Under the pieces are notes generated by a model. It did no database searches. It saw only the letters and a program-made list of their open reading frames with translations, and was not told where the DNA came from. The position numbers and the translations under genes were made by a program. From the human T2T-CHM13v2.0 reference genome, Homo sapiens, in assembly GCF_009914755.1 (NCBI RefSeq), contig NC_060937.1: 64,000 nt of DNA. One strand, 5' to 3'. Shown in pieces: positions 28,046 through 41,376 of the stretch; positions within the stretch are counted from its first letter, which is position 1, and each line of letters begins with the position of its first letter.

Positions 28046-28744
28046 CTGAAAGTATAGAAAGTGGAACATGAAAAATATTTACATAAAAACCTGAACAAAG
28101 GTTTTTTTTTTTTTTCCTTTTCTTTTTTGTCTCTGTAGGATACTAAGGTACAGGATGTGGTAATATGTTCAGGCAGTCAGATACAGGAAATATTTATGGT
28201 ACATAATATAATATCTTCTCATGTCCAGGTGTTGAACTCTGAAGTCTAGTGACTTGAATTTGATCTAGTGAAATATATACTCACAAAGTGAGGAATTATA
28301 TCTAGAAATCTGTAATTTTTAATTGTACCGCTAAAGCGCTTTACCTTCTTTTGTACTTCTTGAAAATACTGGCTGCATTGCAACAGAAGACAAATATGAT
28401 TAATGTCATGCAATTCATAATATCTTAAATTGCATTGCTGGATTCTTTCTCAATTAAAAGAAAAAATGAAAGAAAAAGGCTTTTAAAATGTTTTTCATGC
28501 ATCTGATAACAGTGACATAGAAAGGAAAAAATGAAACATAGTTCAGAATACTTAAAAGTAAGAATAAATTTCAGCCAGCCAGACATGAGCTCTATTCAAC
28601 AAACATGATATGATCAGTATTTAAGTTATAGGCTAAAATGTCTTTAATTTTCAGCTTTGTTATCACTATCCTTTTTTTTTTTTAATTTAAAGGTATATAT
28701 TTTAAACGTGTGTCGTCTACCTAAGTAAGATAATAGTCTTTGAA

Positions 28745-28880
28745 CTAGGTACTATGTTTGCTGTTTGGGTGATGGGTTCACTAGAAGCCTAAACCCCAGC
28801 ATTACTCAATATATCCATCTATCAAACCTACGTGTGTACCCCCCTAGATCTATAATAAAAGTAAATTAAAATAAATTAAA
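28745..28880 (+). mobile_element. L1 3'-end fragment
   Basis: gggtgatgggttcactagaagcctaaaccccagcatta...aaacctacgtgtgtacccc plus A-rich tail. Confidence 0.7.
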
Positions 28881-31143
28881 TACCAGTCAACTATTTGGTT
28901 GACTTTGGTTGTACTGATTAACTGGAAATGTGCCTCTGAAGCCACACAGCCAGAGCAACTGGCTTTTTGTCATTTCTAATGAAAAGCCTTGAAAGATGGT
29001 TCTATTAGATAACGGGCCACACTGAAGCTAACTGTGCATCTAGATCACATCAAAGCAGTAGAGGTGAGATGTTAGCACAGCTTTGGTTTCTGCAGTTCTC
29101 ACCTCATGCTTGTAAGATGTTTAGCTGTGTCAACTTTTTGAATTAATGTGGGTTCTTAGCCTTCATAGACCCTGTGTTTCAGCCTTATTAGGTTTTGTAT
29201 TTTGAGATCTCAAATTGTGAAGCTCTAAAATAAAACAAATCTGTGTGTTTAGGTACTAGTTCCACAGGTGGTCTTGCCACAGAAGAACCTTTCCATGAAA
29301 GTCGAATACGAATACACAGGGCTCTCTATTGCTGCTATCAAAATGGACTAATTCCTTTTAGCTTACATTTTTTACATCATGTTAAGGAATTTGACGTTTT
29401 GGATGTTCAGCTGGTTGGTAGTTTTCATTTCAATCTTGATTTTCTGCAGACTTAAATAGTTTTGACAGGTGAAGCTCTGAGGATTAAATATTGATTTTAG
29501 CCCTCTCCAGGTCAAATGTTCCATATTTGACAACTTATACCAAAAACAGCATCCTTCCCCTCAACTATACACTTTAAAATGGATGTTATTTTGGGGATGA
29601 GGATAATATGCAGCAAAAAATTATAGGAATTTTAGAAACAAGTCAACAACGAAATATAAAAATAGAAAATTTGGTTTAATTTATCTTTACTTCTACTTTA
29701 AAATACTTCTTAATAACAGCATACCGTCTAAGGAGGAGTAAAAGAAACATCTTACATTGGAATGTAAATGTTAGAGCTGTTTCAAGGCCTCTGGGTAGGT
29801 AGGGAAGGACCATTGAACATGTGTGTCTTAATAAAATGTAGCTTATGCTCTGTGAGTGAGGATGTAATTTAGTAGGAGAAAATAATTATATTTTTGCTCA
29901 TTGTAATCAAGATATTGCATTCACATATATAGAAAGTAGTGAAACTAAGATGGATAAAGAAGGGAAGCTAAAGAAATGTAGTGGGAATGTGTATATATAT
30001 ATGCATATGTATATATTTATACCTTTGATGAAGAAAGATGACATAACATGTCTGATGAATAGAGCCCATAAGGATTGCTTAATTTTCAGAAAACATATTT
30101 TTTACAAGATTGTATTCCCATGGTGAATCATAACTATTCCAATTAAATCTTTAATACAGTGCTGAGCTGGCCTGATCCTGGAATTGCATGTTATTATTGC
30201 ATAATTGAAATCAACAACAGCAGCAGACATTTTGTTTTGCTCCTTACATTGGCTTTACTCCTTTTCCATATCTAGTATAAATCTTAAGGGAAATTTTCTT
30301 AATTAAATAACTGGATGCTCATGGTATAAAATGGAATGATTTTCTAGCCAGAATAAATGTGGGTATTGAAGTAATGTTTTAGCTACTGATACACTTTGAG
30401 TGTTTAATTACAGAGCCAAAACAAAATGAAAAGAATTTCTGCTTGAAAGCTACAGGGAAATAAAGAAAGAGAGAAAAGATAAACAGAGAAAAAGCCATGA
30501 TGGAAAAGATATACTACTAGCTACACTTATGAGAATGAAATACCCTTTATCATTGTTAAGTAGTAGAGGTTTAATTTTGATAATCTGGTTGTGTCAGAGA
30601 TCAAAGAACCCTGGAATTTGGAAACTTTAAATTTGTCACATGGCAGATTTTTTTGTTCCTTTGTCCAATTTTGGATGGGAGAGTTTTTGAACTGCCACCT
30701 TATAAACATTGGTATTCTTCAACACGTGCTTCTCAGCCTGCCCTTAGATAGCTCAGGGCTTGAGGGTGGCGTGAACAACAAGTCTTGGCTAAGGTCATTT
30801 CTGTGTCCACACATCTGAATTTTTAGATATTTCTAGAGGGTCTTTTCGCCATCTCTTCCCTTTATATGTCTTTTAATTTTCCTGGCTCTTTGCCACGCTA
30901 ATATTATATTTTGCTGTCTTTCTCATGTCATATCATTTCTGTTTTTCCAATGAGTGGGGAAGAAGTTCATTGGAGTTGAAGGTTATCTGAGACCTCAATC
31001 CTTTTTTCAAGTGAAATGAGATTGGCCATAGTTTGGAATTCTAAATACCAGATTATCAATAATCTCTGTAAATACAAAGAAATGTATTGTTTTCTTTTTT
31101 CATACCTTGCCACCCAGGTGGCCAATATTTATTATATACTTAC

Positions 31144-31189
31144 TATAGACAGTCACGGGGATTTCTTTGAAGGTGCTACCACGAACAAA
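31144..31189 (-). CDS. POSTN: POSTN exon 16 (FVRGSTFKEIPVTVY)
   Basis: ttcag|TTT, ATA|gtaagt; 46 nt. Confidence 0.95.
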
Positions 31190-31904
31190 CTGAAAATAAA
31201 TGTTTATATTTAGTAACATGAAAGGTGATAGTTGTGTTAACAAAACCATGGCACCACTTTAATTCTTATTAAAGTAAAAATAGTGAAGCTATTATTACAC
31301 TTAATAGAAGTGAAGTCCTCATATAAATCATCTTCCAATTCAATGCTATCAGGTCAGAGGGCATAAAAATCATTGGATTCATTACTCAGATTTAAAAATT
31401 ATATAATAATTAATCCAAAGTTAAATATATTTATGAAACACAATTTTATGTTTCCTGCTACTTTTACCCTACATTGAAAAAGAAGAAAAATATTCCGTTC
31501 CCTTTAATCTGTGATGAGTGACAATTTTTTATAAGTGAATGTTCTTTCCTTTATATTCTGCAGTGAAAGTATTGAATGATACAACGATTTTAGTCATTTA
31601 TGTACCATTTTATTTTTCTAAATTGGACTGTAAACTTTTTGAATAAAGACATGTCCAATTTAAATACATATTTTTCATAACACTTTACACAATACTTGGT
31701 CCTGAGTAGCTTTTAATAGATATTTGTTGAACAAAACCATGAAGAAATGATGCCATTTCTTTACAGGTGGGTCAGTGGTACATAAACAACAAAGAGTAAT
31801 CCAAGCCCAGTACATACTTACTTATTAATGCGTACATTTCTAGCCTGTTATGTTAAACCTGTAATATATGTTCTACATATTAGAAATAAATCAAGTAACT
31901 TTTA

Positions 31905-32226
<322 letters not shown>

Positions 32227-32233
32227 TTAGTAC

Positions 32234-32301
32234 CTTAATTTGGATGTATTTGATTAATTTATTAAGTATTTCCAGCAGTTGATCATTTCCAACAGGTGTG
32301 T
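32234..32301 (-). CDS. POSTN: POSTN exon 15 (TPVGNDQLLEILNKLIKYIQIK)
   Basis: catag|ACA, AAG|gtacta; 68 nt. Confidence 0.95.
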
Positions 32302-32408
32302 CTATGAAGAGAAATATTAAATGAATATTGGTAAGAAAGCATAAAATAAAAATCGAGGTTCATATTAAAAAAAGACTTAGCCCATCAATGAGTTCAATAA
32401 TTACAAAC

Positions 32409-32511
32409 CTGCTGGATAGAGGAGTTTATCTACAACATGAATTACACCATTTGTTGTCATGATGTCAGATTCTTTTGATTTCAATTCATTCACCAGAAGT
32501 GTATCATTTAC
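32409..32511 (-). CDS. POSTN: POSTN exon 14 (VNDTLLV...KLLYPA)
   Basis: gatag|GTA, CAG|gtttgt; 103 nt; H2 motif NGVIHVVDKLL. Confidence 0.96.
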
Positions 32512-32618
32512 CTATCAAAATAGGAGGCAATTTCAATGAGGAAATTTCATTAAGGATGAATATTTAGATAACTTAATGATGGATGAACACTATCATAAAT
32601 TCACTCTAGACAACTTAC

Positions 32619-32749
32619 TTCTTTCAGAAAGATTTTGCTTCCTTGTGTGGTCTTTAAAATGTTAGTAACACCAGGTTCAAATCCTTTTCCAATGAAAACT
32701 CCTGGTGTCAGGTGATAAAGAATGATGTTTTGAAGAGCATTTTTGTCCC
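32619..32749 (-). CDS. POSTN: POSTN exon 13 (DKNALQN...IFLKE)
   Basis: Within ORF 32601..32819; cctag|GGG, GAA|gtaagt; 131 nt. Confidence 0.96.
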
Positions 32750-33250
32750 CTAGGGGAAAATATATGTTTATTTTTATTGAATAATATGACTTTTTGATAA
32801 GGACTAAGAAACAAAACACTTATTAGTCTTTATCTTTTTCCATATTGTACTTTCTCATAATATCATTATTCTCTCAAGTAGATATCGATGCTATTTCAAA
32901 ACATAGTTATTTCAATTAGCCTAATCAAAATAGAACCCAACTTACTGGGAGAAAAAAATCTATTTATTTTCTAAATTATAACTGTTTTCTTCTTTGTCCC
33001 CTGATTACATGGTCTTTAATAGAAACCACATAAGTGAACATCTAGCCCAACAACATAACAGTTCACAGTTTAAGAACATTACTGAGTGACCCTCCACACA
33101 TCCCAAGTGGACGAAATAAAAGGAAACTAAAGCTAACCATAAATACCAGAGAGGGGGCATTTTTAAGGCAGACATCTGGACAGGAAAGCTTGAGAAAGAA
33201 GTGAGATCCTGAAATGAAAGGGAAAATATCTGGAATTCACTTCCACTTAC

Positions 33251-33381
33251 GTATCAGAATTTCTTTTTCTTCACTAGTCATTCCCTTAAAAGCATCATTG
33301 GTTGGCACAAATAATGTCCAGTCTCCAGGTTGTGTCAGGAGCTCTTTCAAGTCTGCAGCTTCAAGTAGGCTGAGGAAGGTG
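33251..33381 (-). CDS. POSTN: POSTN exon 12 (TFLSLLEAA...EILI)
   Basis: cttag|CAC, TAC|gtaagt; 131 nt; H1 motif TLFVPTNDAF. Confidence 0.96.
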
Positions 33382-33950
33382 CTAAGTGGGAAGAATGTAT
33401 ATGTATTTTGTCAGATTTAGATTTAGGTATGTTCACCTACAATGCATGTAATAGAATAGAATCCATGTATTGTGGAAAGCATGAGAGAACTGCTCATACA
33501 TTTTCATATGTTTCGAATACAATTTACCTGTTAAAAGTTTTATCATGAAAAATGACTGAAATATACAATACAATTTTTAATTTTTTTCATCTGATTTCAT
33601 CCTATAAAACTTGACAAGGTCACACATAACAAAAAAGAAGCATTTTTATCATGTAATACTCTACAAGATAGTCTTTGCTATATATACCATCAATTTCTAA
33701 AAACTATAAGAAAAATGTCAAGAAGTAGTTTAGTCTGTTAGATTTGTTTTCACACATGAAATCATATAACGGTGTACCAGAAAGTAGCAGCGAAAACATA
33801 TATCAATTTTGAAAACACTTGTATGAACATTTTATTCTAAATTCCATTTTCAACCACATAGGAGACTGAATGCCTTTTGGGATACCGCCTATGAAACAAA
33901 AATATGCCAATAGCTCTCATTCTCTGTGGAGGTGCCACTAATAGGCTTAC

Positions 33951-34087
33951 CTAAAGCGCTTATCTTGTTTTAACTTTTCATGGAGGGATTTCTCTGCTGG
34001 CTTGATGATCTCGCGGAATATGTGAATCGCACCGTTTCTCCCTTGCTTACTCCCTTTCTCCATGCATGAATTTTCAATGCAGACAGC
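33951..34087 (-). CDS. POSTN: POSTN exon 11 (AVCIENSCM...QDKRF)
   Basis: cctag|GCT, TAG|gtaagc; 137 nt. Confidence 0.96.
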
Positions 34088-34827
34088 CTAGGAAAGGAAA
34101 GAAAGGTATGGGGTGTCATTTTCCTTGCTTGAAATTTCCCGTATAGATGTAACTACATAATTAAGTTTCCGGATCGGCCCTTCTGAGAGGTTGCCTGGTG
34201 TCTGAGGCCACGGGAACAGCTTCTTTCCTCTGTTTTCAATGGCTCACACAAACTCACAAGACACTTCTTATCTAGCCGGGTTTTTTATTAAAAGTCAAGC
34301 TACCTTATGGATCAGGCAGGTAATTTTGTCAATAAATTACAAAAGTTCCATGGAATCCCACTTCTACATTTTTTATAATTTCTATTCAGATTTGAACTAT
34401 TTCTCTAGACCCTCTTTTGGCCAACACTATCTGTAAGGTTTCCTCACTTTAGTGCTTTTAGTGATCTTCACAAATATTTACTTTATTTTCTTGACTGTAA
34501 GACCCTATTCATCATTGTAAGTCAAATCATTGACATATTCATAGCTTTTTGAACGAACGTGATATATATATACACACATATATTTGTATATACAAAATTT
34601 AAAGTGCAGCACATTTAATGCATACTTAAAAATGTTTGGAATTTTGTAGCTGCAGGGAGCTGCTGACATGTGCCAGATTCAGTTCTAGGTAATGCCTGAC
34701 TTCCTGTGAAGTCTTTTAGTTGTAGCTGTACGTGTTATCTGGACAAATACTGAACGTATCATTAGTTGAACTGTAATTTTGATAAGCAATATTTCTATAA
34801 ATTTTCCTGCAGCAAAATGTATGTTAG

Positions 34828-35126
34828 GGCTGGGTGCAGCGGCTCATGCCTGTAATCCCAGCACATTGGGAGGCCAAAGTAGGAGGTTCACTGGAGGCTG
34901 AAAGTTTGAGACCAGCCTGGGAAATGTAGCAAGACCCTGTCTCAAGAAAAATTAAATTAAAAAATTAACTAGGGTGATGTTGTGCACCTATAGTCCTAGC
35001 TACTCAGAAGACCGAGGTGGGAGGGTCCCCTGGAGCCAAGGAGTTTAAGGTTACAGTGAGCTATGATTGTGCCACTGCACTCCAGCCTGGGTGACAGAGT
35101 GAAATTCTGTCCCTTAAAAAAAAAAA
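34828..35126 (+). mobile_element. AluJ-like element in intron 10
   Basis: Diverged full-length Alu with A tail. Confidence 0.88.
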
Positions 35127-35755
35127 GTACATTAAAACCCTTTTTTAGAGTCCAGAAATCTCTATGTGCCAATAAAGGTTTATCTTGAAAGCCATTCAAA
35201 AGATATTCAGATGCTGACTGGTTATTTTACAGTATAAGATCACCTTGCATATTTGATTCATTATAATGAAATGTTTTGAAATGAAAAACATTTTAGTAGA
35301 GACAGCATAGTGCTAACACATTGTATGTGTAGTCAATGCAGAAACTAATCAACACCTTGTAAAACATTTATTATTTCTTATTGCAAACAATCATCATAAA
35401 GAAAAATGGTGTGTAGGCAGAGAACAGAATTACCTTGAAAATTGTAAAGTACTCTGCAAAGGAAAAGTTTATTTTAAAAAATTTACTGCTTTCTGGAATT
35501 TAAAATAATTGATGCTCTAGAATAGAAAGTTATTCATAATGAAACACATGCAAAATATCTATCTGAGTTTTGAATACATAGCACTTGTTGTGGACTTTGC
35601 TCACAGTCTTTTCACCCAAGCTACCCAGTTCCCTGATGCTTCTATGAATATTTACTATTAGAACCACACTCATAAAATTCTGTGAAATATTCATTGAAAC
35701 AGCATTATTTGACATGTCATTTGACAGACTTTTTATTTTGTTGTGATTCACTTAC

Positions 35756-35904
35756 TGTACGATATACGAAGACTCTGAGCTGTTTGCCTCCGATGGTTTC
35801 CAGTATTTGCCCGTTGTAAAGCTCATTAAGGCCAACTTTTACTTTCAATATGTGATTCTGCAGAATTAATTTAAGGAGGCGCTGATCCATGCTGAGAGTA
35901 TCAT
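35756..35904 (-). CDS. POSTN: POSTN exon 10 (DTLSMDQR...VFVYRT)
   Basis: Within ORF 35717..35920; tacag|ATG, ACA|gtaagt; 149 nt. Confidence 0.97.
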
Positions 35905-36833
35905 CTGTAAATAAATTCATTAAGAAAGAGCATTATTTTATTTAGAAAACATTGAAGTTTCTCCCGGTAAGACAGAATCATATAAACAGATAATCCCTGA
36001 CATTATTGATATCATGGATTTTGCACTCATATAATACATGAATCAACCAAATGCTAAAAACTAACAATTCAATTCACCAAGTAGAAACTCTGTGACCTAT
36101 TGTATTAAATGACAATAATACAGTTCCAACCAGTTCAATCAATGAGTTTCACCTCTGTAAGGGCTACATAGTTTTATAGTGGTCACTGGCAAATGCTAAA
36201 CCTTAATGGTGGCCAAGGCTTTGTCTGATAATTAGATATCTGTTAGTCACATGAAAGAACTACTGATGAATCCTTTGTAAATTAATCTTGATTACTGGAA
36301 AGAGAATCAAAGCAAACAACCTCTTAAATATGGGTTATTGTCAAAACACATGGGCAGGATTATTACAAAGAAGAAAGTCAGGATATCTAGGAATTCAATT
36401 TTTTTGATTAATAGTTTTTATATCACAATTTAGCATTTGGAAAAACAAAAAATTGTGTTACCTATTTTTAATTAATAAATGTTGCCTAACAATTTAAATA
36501 TGTCTGTGAAATCATTTTCCTGAGAAAGGTCGAAGGTTGCATGAATCTGAACATGGTCTGTGAATAGCAACTACTAGGTGAAATATTTATATATACTATT
36601 TTACATCATGATATGGAAGTGTATAAGTCTCTTCATTTTATTTATTTATAATTTGACACCCTTACTGTCCAAATTTTGAGATGCAAAACACACCTATTTA
36701 TTTCTAAATATTATTATGTTGGTATCAAATAAAGAAATCAGTTTTATTTTTTTAGAGATCTGTCAATGCATCCTTATTGTGCTGGAAATATTAGATTCAC
36801 AGAGAAACTAAATATGCTTTTTTTTAAGTTTCG

Positions 36834-37114
36834 TTTTTTTTTTTTTTTTGAGACGGAGTCTCACTCTGTCGCCCAGGCTAGAGTGCAGTGGTGCCATCTG
36901 CTTCCTGGGTTCAGTTCAATTCTCCTGCCTCAGCCTCCCGAGTAGCTGGGATTACAGGAGTGCACCACCACACCTGGCTAATTTTTGTATTTTTAGTAGA
37001 GATGGGTTCTCACCATGCTGGCCAGGCTGGTCTCAAACTCCTGATCTCAAGTGATCTGCCTGTCTTGGCCTCCCGAAGTGCTGGGATTACAGGTGTGAGC
37101 CACCACGCCTGGCC
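36834..37114 (-). mobile_element. AluS-like element in intron 9
   Basis: Poly-T followed by reverse Alu consensus; small internal deletion. Confidence 0.9.
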
Positions 37115-37358
37115 TGAATAGTCTTAATTACAAATTACAAATTTCACTCTCTGTAGGCTATTATCCATTATAATGAAATGTTTAGAAATGAAGAACATTT
37201 TAGTAGAGACCATGTAGTGTTAACACATTGTATGTGTAGCCAATGCAGAAACTAATCAACACCTCCTAAAACATTTATTGTTTCTTATTGCAAACAATCA
37301 TCATAAAGAAAAAAAGGTGTGTAGGCAGAGAGCAGGAACAACAGTGTCCAGCACATAC

Positions 37359-37493
37359 CAGAAAATGCATTATTCACAGGTGCCAGCAAAGTGTATTCTC
37401 CATCTGGCCTCAGAGCAGATGCCAAGCCTAATTGGGCCACAAGATCCGTGAAGGTGGTTTGCTGTTTTCCAGCCAGCTCAATAACTTGTTTGG
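37359..37493 (-). CDS. POSTN: POSTN exon 9 (KQVIELAG...VNNAFS)
   Basis: Within ORF 37285..37518; ttcag|CCA, CTG|gtatgt; 135 nt. Confidence 0.97.
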
Positions 37494-38105
37494 CTGAAAA
37501 ATAAACCATCACCATCACAACAATGTCATCATTGCTATTATCTCCATCATGAAACTAGTAAATCAATTCCTGACTCTTTTCTAATATTGTAAGCTATTTA
37601 CTGCAATGTCAGTGTGATAAGACATCCTCCTCCTCCCTAATAAGAGAGTTCCACTTCCATTTTTTGGTGGGAGTTGATAATCACGATAAATTTCAGAAGG
37701 AAAATATTTTTCTGTCTTCCTACTACATGTTTCTTTAATTCTCTATTGTTCATCTCTCATCTTTCTCTCTATACTGTGAGTTCCATAGCTTTTCCATTTA
37801 TCCAAAGCTGACCATTTGGTTAGATCTTTCCTTCTCTTTCCAAGAAAAACTCTGGCACTGTGAAAACGGTTATAAATATTAGATGTCAGAAACCCTAGAA
37901 AGCCAAAGATTCATGCATGGAGTTCCCATCACTACACTGCCTATCTATGGAGTGCTCAAGTAGCTCACTATTTATTGTGTTAGTGCTTTGCATGCCATTC
38001 TTTATACTGCACATTCATTTTTCATGGACTTACTCTTTGAGACAGCATAATTAGTAAATTACAGTAAGTAAAAAAACAAAAACAAAAACAAAAAAAGTTG
38101 CTTAC

Positions 38106-38318
38106 CAGAATCAGGAATTAGGACCTGATCAATCAAATGGATCACACCATTATTTGTCACAATATCCTTTTTGTTCACCATTTTGATTCCATTTACTGTT
38201 ATACTGTCACCGTCACATCCTATCTCAATTGTATTTCCTTCCAGCGTCTCAAAGACTGCTCCTCCCATAATAGACTCAGAACACTGGAGAGTATTTAAGA
38301 TGTGGTACTTCATAAGAG
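38106..38318 (-). CDS. POSTN: POSTN exon 8 (LMKYHIL...VLIPDS)
   Basis: Within ORF 38059..38331; ccag|CTC, CTG|gtaagc; 213 nt. Confidence 0.97.
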
Positions 38319-38654
38319 CTGGAGAACACAATAAAAACAGGTAGCTTTCAGATCAAGGGAAATAACATTTGACCCTGAAAAGATGTGTTTCACTGTGGAA
38401 CTAAGTATTCCTTAAAATGTAGTAAAACCTAAGGATTCACTAACAGCTTTAAAATCCTATTTATGTTCTAAAAGTTTTTTCCTATCAACTATAAAATAGA
38501 AACAGCTCAGCTTCGTAGGAATAATAAGAGGAGATCAGCTTCAGGAAATGATTGGTGCAGTATTAGAAAACGTGGTAGGTTAAGTTCCAGCTATCATAAA
38601 AAAGTAACTCCTGATGTGAAAGCAAGAATTGTTCCTTTCAGAGGAACTTTGACT

Positions 38655-38785
38655 GGCACAAGGGCTCACACCTGTAATCCCAACACTTTGGGAGGCCTAG
38701 GTGAGAGGATTGTTTGAGGCCGGGAGTTCAAGACCATGATGAGAAACACAGCAAGATCCCTCTCTACCAAAAGAGAAAGAAAAGG
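38655..38785 (+). mobile_element. Alu monomer (FLAM-like)
   Basis: Single-arm Alu sequence with A-rich tail. Confidence 0.75.
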
Positions 38786-39528
38786 AAGGCCTGTGAAATT
38801 CCAAAATACCCAAGAGCAGTATCTTGTAATAGCTGCTCATAGCAGAATATTTGTATATAACATGTAATGAGGTCGATAGAGGCTGAGGATAAGACAAATT
38901 ATTTCCGGAAGGCAACTTCTAGAAAGTAACCAAATAAAGATGATTCATTGAAGGACCTCTGGAGGGATCTATGCCTCAACTACATTATATCTATCCTGCA
39001 TCCTAAAATTTTCTCATCTTAAATTGGTTAAATGTATTTTGGGATAGGCTGAGTAAGTGAAGTATGCAAGCACAATGTAAAACCTATCTGACAACAGCAA
39101 AGAAGCTTGGAAAGCCACCAAATTCTTATGTGTATCAGTAATTAGAGGCCCAAGAGAACCATACAGTTCTCACAACTCAATATCTTTTGGCATAAATACA
39201 GAATTAAAAGCATTGCATAACGTGCATACAATATTAAAATTTGATGATCTAATATTTCTTTCCAACACCTGCTAATCCTTCTGAATATCTACTACTTATT
39301 TACTTGAAAGCAGTATGAAAGAATGTGATCTTGAGAGTATTCTTATTATTTAAGAATTATACTCTGCCTACTCTTTTAAGGACTTTTGGAAGACATAGTA
39401 CATCTCAGAATAAAAATTTTTCCCTGCCTTTGCTTATTAAAACTAATATTATTGGTAAGGACTAGCCTCTTTTTTATTCCCTTCTCAGAATGCTGGGAGA
39501 CTCCTTAGAGATGAAGACATTAAACTAC

Positions 39529-39670
39529 CTTCGGAAGCCACTTTGTCTCCCATGATCCTTTCTAGGACACCTCGTGGAAGTTTCTCAAAAGCCTCATTGG
39601 TGGGAGCAAAGAGTGTGAAGTGACCGTCTCTTCCAAGGGCCTCCAATATGTCCGATGTGATGGCAGCTGC
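39529..39670 (-). CDS. POSTN: POSTN exon 7 (AAAITSDIL...KVASE)
   Basis: Within ORF 39485..39679; FAS1 H1 motif TLFAPTNEAF; 142 nt. Confidence 0.97.
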
Positions 39671-40171
39671 CTGAAACACAAATGTGCTTTTCAGAGACTT
39701 TCACATTGTAAATCCAGAAAAAGATTGCAACACACTTAGCCTAGGCTGACATGAAGGAGCTGATTCCTACACTATAGAGGTTTGTTGTTGTTAAATCTTC
39801 AAAATATTACTTTTTGACACAACCATGTCTTTTCCAACTTTCTTCAAATTGTGTTTGCAAGAATGGGAATTCTGCCCATGTTTATGGGACTGTAGCAATA
39901 TCCAGCAGTACATATAATAACAGATGAACACGTTCTAAATGAGCTAAATACACGCCAGTCATGTGACTAACCATTCTTACTCTATCATGTCCACAGAAAT
40001 ATTATTATTTCATATGAGATGGTTTCTTCTGTGTAAAATGAAAATAGTAGTCCTTTCAAAAAATATGTGTTACATTTTTGCCAGATTTAATAGCATTTTT
40101 ATTGTTTTTAGATTTTGACAGGAGAAGAAGAGGGATTTCAATGACTCAAGACAATCTGCTCTTGGACTTAC

Positions 40172-40318
40172 TCTAAAAGATGAAAGGTCATCTTCTGCTT
40201 CAATGAAGTCTTGAATTGAGGTACCAATTTGTGTAAGCACACGGTCAATGACATGGACAACACCATTTGTTGCAATCTGGTTCCCATGGATGATTCGAGC
40301 ACAATTAACAGTGACAAC
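40172..40318 (-). CDS. POSTN: POSTN exon 6 (VVTVNCARIIHG...DLSSFR)
   Basis: tatag|GTT, AGA|gtaagt; 147 nt; FAS1 H2 motif NGVVHVIDRVL. Confidence 0.97.
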
Positions 40319-41211
40319 CTATAATTATTTGGAAAAATCAAAGTGCTGAAACCAGAGATACCCATTGACCACTGAGACTGCAAGCCCATTCCCAGTTTTT
40401 CATTTATACTAGTAAATGTAACATACAGGAAACTACATTGTAAATGTAAACGCTGTGGATGAAGATTTACATGTTGTTATATCTAAAAAAGAAACTGTAA
40501 GAGAAAAGGGAACCAGTTGAGAACCCAAGTCAAGTCATACTTAACATATCTAGCAACATAAGGCAAAGGTGTTTTTTTCATTTAAATTATTGCTTTTCTC
40601 TTTTATGCAAATAGTCATAAACTTTTTAATGTGGGTCAATGAATTAGGTAAAGAAGTCTAATCAGTCCTAAAATTTAAGTTTTGAGAGGGAGAAACAAAT
40701 AATTATTGTATAGATATAATTAGTTACATTACAAGAACTTCCTAAAAATTGTTTCTTCATTGACCTCTTTCGTCCCTGAGAATTTGGCTGGCTGTGGAAA
40801 AAGTCCTATGACCCTGTTGGCAGTTTCCCACAAAATCTGATCCAAACACACAAGTACTTCAGTTAGTACAGTAGCTAGAGGGGGAGTAAAAGAACACTCA
40901 TTCTTTGATTATTCTTTTTGCTACTACGATAAATTATTTCAAACATATCAACTACTAAAATTTCCTTTTCTAGAATACCTGTCTACTGTCAATGAACTGT
41001 TCATGTAATTTGTCCTTTACAATCACTCTTTAGTAGAAATTAATAACCAGATTGGAAATTTACATGCCCTAGATTTGGGGGTAAAGTCATAATATAGCAC
41101 TTACCTTATTCTCACTAACATTTTATTATTTTTGTGAGCATTATATAAAAAGTATAGACAAAATTAAAGAAGGTATTTTTCATAAGTGTACTTTTTACTG
41201 ATAAAACTTAC

Positions 41212-41376
41212 CCCATTAGGATAATGGTTAATGAAAAGCCCCAAATTGTTATACATTGAAGGAATAATCATGCCATTTTTTAAGTCCTTGGTCAACATTC
41301 TCTTATTAATCATGTGACTATGTAAAGCATTCAGTAATTCAACATTCACGTTGCTCTCCAAACCTCTACGGATATC
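41212..41376 (-). CDS. POSTN: POSTN exon 5 (DIRRGLES...HYPNG)
   Basis: Overlaps ORF 41164..41361; cctag|GAT, GGG|gtaagt; 165 nt. Confidence 0.97.

Noticed and set aside
33214-33420. Plus-strand ORF antisense to exon 12
   Set aside because: Shadow ORF of the POSTN coding exon; no independent support
34701-34710. STAT6-type TTCCTGTGAA, and scattered TGACTCA AP-1 motifs (e.g. 48765-48771)
   Set aside because: Isolated short motifs are expected by chance in 64 kb
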